Source of the DNA: Planctomycetota bacterium
GTDB taxonomy: Bacteria; Planctomycetota; B15-G4; JADJEK01
Reading direction: 5' to 3'
Length of the DNA: 64,000 nucleotides
Assembly (NCBI GenBank): GCA_044225365.1
Contig: JBGAIQ010000028.1
Coordinates: 1,703-65,702 of the forward strand
Shown here: piece by piece, positions 57,506 to 64,000 of the stretch
How the letters are laid out: each line of letters opens with the position of its first letter
How positions within the stretch are numbered: the stretch's first letter is position 1
Notes under the pieces: model-generated
Told to the model about the DNA's origin: nothing
The model's database searches: none
What the model saw: only the letters and a program-made list of their open reading frames with translations
Made by a program: the position numbers and the translations under genes

Positions 57506-60175
57506 ATGAAATCCATGTTCCGCATATCGGCCATTTGGGTCGCAGTACCTGTTCTCGCCGTTTGCGCCGCGTTCTCGGCGGTCGCTCGTGCGGGCGACGT
57601 GTTCACGTTCACGCCGGCGGCGAAGTACAAGCCCGAGGTGCCGACGGTACCGTCGCTCACCGGCTTCCAGGTCGGCGAGAAGTACGTCGACAGCGGCATC
57701 GTGAACCGGGTGGTGACGACGCTCGCCGGCGCATCGGACCGCGTGCGATACGTGCGCTACGGCGAGACCTTCGGCGGACGCACTCTGCAGCTCCTCGTCG
57801 TGAGTTCACCCGAGAATCTCGCGCGGTGGAACGACATCCAGGCGGGGCTCGGGAAGTTGACGGATCCGCGACGACTGAAGGACGACGCCGAGCGCGATCG
57901 CCTCGTCCAGTCGTTGCCCGTCGTGGTTTGGATCTCGTTCAATGTGCACGGGAACGAGGCGTCGCCGACGGAGGCTGCGCTCGCGATGCTCTATCACCTC
58001 GCCGCGGCCGACGATCCTTCGGTCGACAAGCTGCTCGCGAATGCAGTCGTCGTGATGGATCCCTGCGTCAATCCCGACGGCCGCGATCGCTACGTCAACT
58101 GGTTCCGCAGTCGCGTCGGTGCGACGCCGAATCCCGATCCGCAGGCCGACGAGCACGACGAACCCTGGCCCGGCGGACGCGTCAATCACTACTACTTCGA
58201 CCTCAATCGCGACTGGGCGTTCCTCACGCAGATCGAGACCCGATCGCGCATCGCGAAGTATCGCGAGATGATGCCGCAGGTCCACGCCGACCTGCACGAG
58301 ATGGGGCAGAACCAGTCGTACTTCTTCTTCCCCGCGGCGACACCGGTGCACGACGAGTTCCCGCGCGCGACCGTCGAACTCGCGAAGGCCTTCGGTCGCG
58401 GCAACGCTTCGGCATTCGATCGCTTCGGCTGGACGTACTACACCGCCGAGGAATTCGATCTCTTCTACCCGGGCTACGGTGACTCGTGGCCGTCGCTCAA
58501 CGGCGCGATCGGAATGACGTACGAGCAGGCGGGCCACAGCCGCTCGGGCGTCGCGGTCGAACGCGACGACGGGTCGATCCTCACCTTGAAGGATCGCGCG
58601 GCACATCATTTCACGGCCGTACTCGCGACGATCGAGACCTCGGTCGCGCACAAACAGGAACTCCTCGAGTCCTACGCGCGCTTCTACGCCGATGCGATGT
58701 GGGAGGGCGAACGCGGACCGGTGAAGGACTACGTCCTCGTGCCCGGCGTCGACCGGGTTCGGATGACGGACCTCGTCCGGCTCCTGCTCGATCAGGGAAT
58801 CGAGGTGAAGAGTGCGAGCGCGGGATTCCGTGCCGAGCGATGTCACGACTTCGACAGCGACAAGGTCGAGAGCCGCGCATTCCCACCGGGGAGCTACGTG
58901 ATCGAACTCGCTCAGCCTCGCAAGCATCTTGCGAAGGCACTGCTCGAGCCGGCCGCGGCGGTGCGCGAGAACACGTTCTACGACGTCTCCGCATGGAGTC
59001 TGCCGCTCGCGTACGGAGTCGAAGCGTGGTGGACCGAGACCAAGGTCGAAGGCGCGCTCAGCGACGTGACGAGCAAGGATCTCGCGATTCCAACTCCCAC
59101 GAAGGCGATCGCGAGCGCGCCGCGCGTCGGCTACCTCGCGCGTTGGGATTCGTTCGCTGCGCCGCGATTCCTCGCACGAGTGCAGCAGGAGGGCAAGGGC
59201 GGAGTCGAAGTGCGCATCGGCTCGGAGCCCTTCGCCCTCGACGGGGTCTCATTCGCCCGCGGAACGCTCTTCCTGCCCGCCGCGGCGCTCGACGAGTCCG
59301 AGCATGCGCTCGTGCGCAAGATCGCCGCGGAAACGGGCGTCGATCTCATCGCGACGGATACCGGCCTCACCGAACGCGGGCCGAATCTCGGAAGCGGCAG
59401 CTTCAATTTGCTCGCTGCGCCGTCGATCGCGATCGTGACCGGGGAGGGAACGGATCCTGGTGCCGTCGGGTCGTTGCGATTCCTCCTCGAGCAACGCTAC
59501 GGCTTCCCATTCACGCAGATTCCGCTCACGCAACTCTCGCGCGTCGACTTGCGCCGTTACAACGTCCTCGTGATGCCCGAAGGGTTCGGGTACTTCCGCG
59601 AGATCCCGCGCGCCAAGGATGCACTCACGCGATTCGTCTCCGACGGCGGCGTTCTGATCGGGATGGGAAGTGCGGCATTCGCGCTCGGTGACGACGGCGC
59701 GAAGATCGTCGGCGTGAAATCGGGCGAGGCCGACGGGAAGGCGCAGGAGCCGCCCAAACCGGCGGGCTGGAAGAAGCTCGCGGAGCGGCGTCTCACTTCG
59801 CTCGAGGATGCCGTCCCCGGAACGATGTTCCGACTCGAACTCGATCCCGCACATCCTCTCGCCTACGGCTACGACCGGCCGCTCGCGGTCCTCATGGATT
59901 CGCCGCGCGCGTTTGCGTTGGAAGGGCCGGGAACGCGGGTTGGCGTGTTCCCGAAGCAGTCACTCCTCGCCGGATTCGCATCGACCGAGAACGCGGCGAA
60001 GCTGGACGGGAAGGCGTTCCTCGCCGACGTTTCCTTGGGTTCAGGTCATGTCGTGCTCTTCGCAGGCGATCCGACGTTCCGCGGCTTCGTTCGCGGTCAG
60101 GTCGGCATCCTGATGAACGCGATGCTGCTCCTCACGCAGCCGATCCCGACGCCAGCGCCTCACGCGCTCCGCTGA
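57506..60175 (+). CDS. secreted M14-family metallocarboxypeptidase-like protein (~889 aa)
   Basis: Internal ATG 57506 begins MKSMFRISAIWVAVPVLAVCAAFSAVARA. WISFNVHGNEASPTEAAL (HxxE zinc site) and the DLNRDW segment are typical of M14. Confidence 0.8.
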   Translation: MKSMFRISAIWVAVPVLAVCAAFSAVARAGDVFTFTPAAKYKPEVPTVPSLTGFQVGEKYVDSGIVNRVVTTLAGASDRVRYVRYGETFGGRTLQLLVVSSPENLARWNDIQAGLGKLTDPRRLKDDAERDRLVQSLPVVVWISFNVHGNEASPTEAALAMLYHLAAADDPSVDKLLANAVVVMDPCVNPDGRDRYVNWFRSRVGATPNPDPQADEHDEPWPGGRVNHYYFDLNRDWAFLTQIETRSRIAKYREMMPQVHADLHEMGQNQSYFFFPAATPVHDEFPRATVELAKAFGRGNASAFDRFGWTYYTAEEFDLFYPGYGDSWPSLNGAIGMTYEQAGHSRSGVAVERDDGSILTLKDRAAHHFTAVLATIETSVAHKQELLESYARFYADAMWEGERGPVKDYVLVPGVDRVRMTDLVRLLLDQGIEVKSASAGFRAERCHDFDSDKVESRAFPPGSYVIELAQPRKHLAKALLEPAAAVRENTFYDVSAWSLPLAYGVEAWWTETKVEGALSDVTSKDLAIPTPTKAIASAPRVGYLARWDSFAAPRFLARVQQEGKGGVEVRIGSEPFALDGVSFARGTLFLPAAALDESEHALVRKIAAETGVDLIATDTGLTERGPNLGSGSFNLLAAPSIAIVTGEGTDPGAVGSLRFLLEQRYGFPFTQIPLTQLSRVDLRRYNVLVMPEGFGYFREIPRAKDALTRFVSDGGVLIGMGSAAFALGDDGAKIVGVKSGEADGKAQEPPKPAGWKKLAERRLTSLEDAVPGTMFRLELDPAHPLAYGYDRPLAVLMDSPRAFALEGPGTRVGVFPKQSLLAGFASTENAAKLDGKAFLADVSLGSGHVVLFAGDPTFRGFVRGQVGILMNAMLLLTQPIPTPAPHALR

Positions 60176-60205
60176 GGCCGAGCGACTCGAACCCGTTCTC
60201 GTCGT

Positions 60206-60240
60206 GTGCGCGCATGAAACATGGCGCGCACGAATTTCTC
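60206..60240 (+). terminator. candidate terminator after the M14 gene
   Basis: GTGCGCGC (60206-60213) pairs with GCGCGCAC (60224-60231). The stem can extend through ATG/CAT to an AAA loop. Followed by GAATTTCTC. Lies 31 nt after the stop. Confidence 0.4.
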
Positions 60241-60520
60241 CCGCGTTCCCGCCTCCGATCAGGTCCGGCACGCGAGCTGGTCGATGAACCTTGCGCCGAG
60301 GGAACATGCCAGCAGAGAGGTGTTCCTCCGGGCGCGGAAGTTGGGAGAACGAGGGCTGTGTACGACTGCGTCGCCGCTGAAAAAAACATTCCCTGACCAC
60401 GGCGGTGATGTGGTGATCGACTGGCACGCACCCAGGCGATCCTCAGCTCGGTCTTGAACGATGATTCGCGCCGCGCGGCCTGTTCCTTGGGCGGGACAGG
60501 TCGCGCGCTCTCTTTTCATC

Positions 60521-60646
60521 GGACCGCCGGGCTCTGCCCGGCTCCGATCCCATGCCGGGCGGAGCCCGGCGGTCCCGCATTCGGGCCGACTTCCTGCGGG
60601 CGCGGTTTCCCTACACCGTACCGATGCCGGGCGGAGCCCGGCGGTC
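60521..60646. repeat. REP-like hairpin elements: one inverted plus two direct copies
   Basis: GGACCGCCGGGCTCTGCCCGGC (60521-60542, inverted orientation). ATGCCGGGCGGAGCCCGGCGGTCC (60552-60575). ATGCCGGGCGGAGCCCGGCGGTC (60624-60646). Same core as the 41.8-kb array. Confidence 0.9.
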
Positions 60647-60651
60647 GGTTG

Positions 60652-60846
60652 CTACTTGTCGGCGATGTCCTCGCGGCCGTAGCGACGATCGCCTTCGAAC
60701 TCGCCGAGTTCGAGGTCGAGCTCCTCCGCGGGCTTCTTCGGGTCTTTCGCGCGCACGATCTTCAACAGGGGATCCTTGTTCGGATTCCCGTGCGTCTTCT
60801 TCTCGGCGTCGGATTTGTTCTCGCGTGCCTTGTCCGCCATCGTCAT
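60652..60846 (-). CDS. acidic/charged 64-aa peptide (candidate precursor peptide B)
   Basis: The ATG overlaps the stop of the upstream mini-ORF (ATGA). High GC3. Product is MTMADKARENKSDAEKKTHGNPNKDPLLKIVRAKDPKKPAEELDLELGEFEGDRRYGREDIADK. Confidence 0.6.
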   Translation of the reverse strand: MTMADKARENKSDAEKKTHGNPNKDPLLKIVRAKDPKKPAEELDLELGEFEGDRRYGREDIADK

Positions 60847-61007
60847 CGCTCCTGTCCGGTGAAGCCTTCCTTCAATCGATCGCCGTCGCCGATCTCTTCG
60901 AGATCCAGATCGAGTTCGTCGGTGTCGTTCTCGATCTTCTCGGGTCTCGCCGGTGCGGTGTTCTCCTGCGAGTCCTCCGCGGGCTCCTCGTCCTTCTTGC
61001 GGATCAC
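60843..61007 (-). CDS. acidic 54-aa peptide (candidate precursor peptide A), hidden in the tail of a shadow ORF
   Basis: GTG 61007 overlaps the rSAM stop (GTGA) and lies 6 nt after AGGAGG. Product is (M)IRKKDEEPAEDSQENTAPARPEKIENDTDELDLDLEEIGDGDRLKEGFTGQER. Shares an ELDL-x-L-x-E motif with peptide B. Confidence 0.55.
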   Translation of the reverse strand: MIRKKDEEPAEDSQENTAPARPEKIENDTDELDLDLEEIGDGDRLKEGFTGQER

Positions 61008-63232
61008 TTGCCCACCTCCTGCGCGATCTCCGCGGGGAGGCGAGTTGCCTCCGCGAGGCCGCGCTCGAACAACGAGAGGATGAACTCGCGCACCGCGCGG
61101 CGCTTCGTCTCGGGGTACCGCGCGAGGATCTCGCCGACCGTCCGATGGCCGTCGAGCGACGCGAGGATCGCGGCGGCGTCCTTTCCGATGCGCAGCAGGT
61201 CCGACGACTCGCCGCGAAAGACGACCGGGGTGCGCGACGGCGGAGCAGGCTCGATCACGTCGCCGAGTTGCTCCAGCATCTCCGTCTTGAACGATCCCGA
61301 TTGATAGCGGGGGCGAAGCGTGCGGTCCTCGGCGTCGAGCAATGTCTTGCTCACCGCCATCAGGTCGTACGGCAGATCCCGGACGACGACTCCCTCCGCG
61401 ATTCGCGGTTTGGCGAGGTCGAGCGGAACCGGCGGGAGCTTCGCGATGGCCGGCGAGCTGCGGCCTTCGAAGACGTCGAGCGTGCCTTCGCGACAGAGCC
61501 ACAGGAAGTGATGGCTCTTCAGCTCGAAGAGCCAGAGGTTGTCGCCCTGGAACAACGGGAAGTCGCGGCGCACGACCTCCATGAAGTCGAAGAAAACGGC
61601 GCGAGCCTGCGCGCGGTTCATCCCCACCGAGCCGTCGTGGTCGTAGTAGACCTGATAGTCCTTCGTCGCGTCGTGATGGACCTTCGTGATCTGGAAGCGC
61701 TCGGGATGCGCGTACACGGTGGAGAGCAGATCGATGTAGAAGATGCGCAGCGAGACTTCCTGGATCAGATGACGGTGGGTCCGGATCCACTCGAGAGTGA
61801 GTCGGGCCTCTTCCTCCGTCTCGGTCGGGAAGCCGATCATCGTGTAGAGCACGACCGCGATGCCCGCGTTCGTAATGTTCTCCAGGATGCCTTCGGCCTC
61901 CTCGATCGCAGTTCCCTTCTCCATCAGGTCGAGAACGCGCTGGCTCGCCGATTCGAAGCCGAGTGCGATTCGCCGGCATCCCGCCGCGTAAAGCCGCTCG
62001 CACAGTTCCTTCGTGTAGAGATTGCGTTCGAGTCGAGCGTCGGTCCACCACAGGATGTTCAGATTGCGGCGAGCGAGCGCGTCCGGGAGATTGCGGAAGA
62101 GGACCGGCGGCATGTCCTCGACGACGAAGTACACGTAGTTGCTGTTCCAGCGGGTCGTGATCTTCTCGATGTCGTCGAGGATCTTCTCGAGGTTGCGCTG
62201 GCGGTAGCCCGGGCCGATCACCTTGTAGAGCGTGCAGAACACGCACTTCTCGTAGTAGCAGCCGCGCGTGATTGCGAGCGGCAGTGCGATGTGCGGCGAG
62301 AAGTAGCGGTCGAAGGGCATGCCTTCGAAGTCCGGCGTCGGCAACGAATCGATCTCGAGCGGCGCGACGGACTTGTTCGTCACGACGACGCCGTCGGCGT
62401 TCCGCCACACCAGGTTGCCGATGTCGGATAGGCCCGCTCCGCTCTCGATCGCGCGAGCGAGTCCGAGGAGCGGGCCTTCGCCCTCGAGCATCACGACCGA
62501 ATCGATGACGTCGAAGACCTTGCCGGATTTCGCGACCTTGGCGCCCGCATACGCGAGCAACCCGCCGCCGATCGTGATGTGGACCTTGGGCAGCTTCTCC
62601 TTGATCATTCGCGCGAGCGTGAATGCCGGGATGATCATCGAACCGTAGGTGATCGAGATGCCGATGAGATCGGGCTTCGCCTCGACGATGCTCGGAATGA
62701 CGACGTTCGAGTAGAACTCGGCGTAGAGGTTCTCCGAGGTGTCGAAGATCGCGGCGAGGACTTCCGATTCGCGTTCGATCGAGTAACGCATCGAGAAGCT
62801 GTTCGGCGAGAGGACCGTCGGGTACCACTCCGCCGAGATCAGCTTGAACGCGCGATCGATCCGCTTCACGGCCTTGACGTACTCGTCGTAGTCGTAGAAG
62901 CGTTCCTTGTCGCGAAGCGTCGCGATCGCGTCGTCGATCCCGGCGACCACACTGTCGGCGGCGAGATCGGCCTCGGCGAGCGTGCGGAAGCGATCCATCG
63001 CGTCGAGCGGGAGCGGCGCGTCGCCTTCGAACTTCGCGAGCGCGGCCCGCACACGATCGCGGGCGAGGCCAAGGCGCGCGGGCGAGAGGAAGTACTCGAG
63101 CGACTCGAGGTTGAGGTCCCGCTGATGCGTGTCCGGGAAGCCGTTGGCTTTCAAGTACGCGGTGAGCGACGGAAGCGCGAGGTACGGCTGGGTGAAGTGC
63201 GCCTGCGGCGGGAAGAGGAGAAGGGTGCGCAT
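61004..63232 (-). CDS. B12-binding-domain radical SAM protein with C-terminal PqqD/RRE-like domain
   Basis: N-terminal MRTLLLFPPQ...LIGISITYG...KVHITIGGG is B12-binding-like. The radical SAM cluster motif is RGCYYEKCVFC (nt 62231-62266). The C-terminal LLRIGKDAAAILASLDGHRTVGEILARYPETKRRAVREFILSLFERGLAE is PqqD-like. Confidence 0.85.
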   Translation of the reverse strand: MRTLLLFPPQAHFTQPYLALPSLTAYLKANGFPDTHQRDLNLESLEYFLSPARLGLARDRVRAALAKFEGDAPLPLDAMDRFRTLAEADLAADSVVAGIDDAIATLRDKERFYDYDEYVKAVKRIDRAFKLISAEWYPTVLSPNSFSMRYSIERESEVLAAIFDTSENLYAEFYSNVVIPSIVEAKPDLIGISITYGSMIIPAFTLARMIKEKLPKVHITIGGGLLAYAGAKVAKSGKVFDVIDSVVMLEGEGPLLGLARAIESGAGLSDIGNLVWRNADGVVVTNKSVAPLEIDSLPTPDFEGMPFDRYFSPHIALPLAITRGCYYEKCVFCTLYKVIGPGYRQRNLEKILDDIEKITTRWNSNYVYFVVEDMPPVLFRNLPDALARRNLNILWWTDARLERNLYTKELCERLYAAGCRRIALGFESASQRVLDLMEKGTAIEEAEGILENITNAGIAVVLYTMIGFPTETEEEARLTLEWIRTHRHLIQEVSLRIFYIDLLSTVYAHPERFQITKVHHDATKDYQVYYDHDGSVGMNRAQARAVFFDFMEVVRRDFPLFQGDNLWLFELKSHHFLWLCREGTLDVFEGRSSPAIAKLPPVPLDLAKPRIAEGVVVRDLPYDLMAVSKTLLDAEDRTLRPRYQSGSFKTEMLEQLGDVIEPAPPSRTPVVFRGESSDLLRIGKDAAAILASLDGHRTVGEILARYPETKRRAVREFILSLFERGLAEATRLPAEIAQEVGK

Positions 63233-63268
63233 GTGCGCATCGTAACGGCGAGGATCGCCTGGAGGCCA

Positions 63269-64000
63269 CTACTTCCCGAGCAGGCGCTTCAGCAGCTCCT
63301 CGAGTCGCCGGTTCTCCTCTTCCAGTTGCTTCAGGACGTCGGCCGGGTCGGCGCCGTTCGCCTTCTTCGCGGCCGCGGCGTCCTCGATCTCGGCCTTCAG
63401 GATCCGGTTCCGCCGCACCGCGTCGATCGCCTCGCGTAGAGGATCGCTCTTCGGCAGCGTCGCGAGAACGAGATCGCGGCTCTTCTTCACGAGCGCGACG
63501 AACTGAGTGAAATCGGGATCGTTCAAGGTCGGCGCGAGCGATTCGCTCGACTTCACGAGGTCGTCGAAGGAGTCGGTGAGCGCGTGCGTGCTGCGACGCA
63601 GGAACTCTGCGAACTGAGCGACGAGGACACTGCGGCGGAAGCCGAGCGATGTGGCATCGAAGCTCTTTGCCTCCTGGTTCCCGAAGACCGCGCAGCCCGT
63701 CTCGCCGGGCGAATCACCGCGGCCGTGCGGCGGGAGCCAGCGCACGCGGGACGTCACGGCAGGCGTCGCGCCGCCGTTGCCGAATTCCGCCGCGGGCTCG
63801 ATCTCGTAGAGCGCGCAGACCTGCGCCCCGGCGCCGAGTTCGCCGGCATCGACGGCGTCGTTGCGGAAGTCCGCCGCGGCGAGCGCGCGGTTCTCGTACC
63901 CGAGCAGACGGTAGCGGGCGATTTGACGCGGATCGAATTCGACCTGGATCTTGACGTTTCGGGCGACGGGTTGGAAGGCGCCGGAGAAGCGATCGACGAT
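63269..64000 (-). CDS. von Willebrand factor type A / DUF3520 (YfbK-like) protein, 5' end outside the window
   Basis: The frame is open to the window edge. VKIQVEFDPRQIARYRLLGYENRALAAADFRNDAVDAGELGAGAQVCALYEI is the characteristic DUF3520 segment. The track entry 63269..63757 is only an internal GTG. Confidence 0.8.
   Translation of the reverse strand: MVDRFSGAFQPVARNVKIQVEFDPRQIARYRLLGYENRALAAADFRNDAVDAGELGAGAQVCALYEIEPAAEFGNGGATPAVTSRVRWLPPHGRGDSPGETGCAVFGNQEAKSFDATSLGFRRSVLVAQFAEFLRRSTHALTDSFDDLVKSSESLAPTLNDPDFTQFVALVKKSRDLVLATLPKSDPLREAIDAVRRNRILKAEIEDAAAAKKANGADPADVLKQLEEENRRLEELLKRLLGK

Noticed and set aside
60521-60646. Possible mini-CRISPR or mobile element (MITE) at the 60.5-kb repeat cluster
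   Set aside because: There are only three copies, one of them inverted, at irregular spacing (start-to-start offsets of about 31 and 72 nt). No terminal inverted repeats enclose a unit and there are no target-site duplications or transposase. A REP/BIME-like interpretation fits better.
61008-63269. Upper part of the 808-aa ORF 60843..63269
   Set aside because: It is out of frame with the well-supported rSAM gene and is Arg/Pro-rich nonsense. Only its last 54 codons (from GTG 61007, after the rSAM stop) look like a real gene.

Overview
Very GC-rich bacterial chromosomal segment (about two-thirds G+C by eye, not computed), densely coding on both strands. I can support about 50 CDS. No rRNA, tRNA, CRISPR array, transposase or integrase was found. 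Many long ORFs in the six-frame track are antisense or out-of-frame shadow ORFs typical of high-GC DNA, and several real genes start well inside the listed ORF. Housekeeping content: tpiA-secG-pyrE-yicC-gmk-rpoZ, rpsO-pnp, queC, and a LOG-family gene followed by tgt. Other content: a BMP-type ABC transporter operon; a tightly packed minus-strand cluster (molybdopterin oxidoreductase, crotonase, aminotransferase, SGNH esterase); and many secreted proteins or lipoproteins (FG-GAP, CHRD, Ig-like, TPR, HEAT, and M28, M14 and HEFGH peptidases, plus isolated GspG-like and GspK-like pseudopilins). The gene flavour weakly suggests a PVC/Planctomycetota-like or similar high-GC lineage; this is inference only. 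Most interesting locus (60.65-63.23 kb, minus strand): a cobalamin-type radical SAM enzyme with a C-terminal PqqD/RRE-like domain is translationally coupled to two paralogous acidic mini-ORFs. One of these mini-ORFs is not listed separately in the ORF track. I read this as a candidate undescribed RiPP-like peptide-modification system. Other notable signals: (1) a dispersed REP-like hairpin family at three loci (38.2, 41.8 and 60.5 kb), including a 4 x 56-bp tandem array and stem covariation between loci; (2) a tandem DUF4139-like pair coupled to a large HEFGH metalloprotease; (3) tandem double-CHRD proteins sharing a C-terminal module with the neighbouring FG-GAP protein; (4) PNPase with a ~340-aa (D/E)RPER repeat tail; (5) a perfect 28-bp palindrome upstream of an unlisted 32-aa basic ORF.
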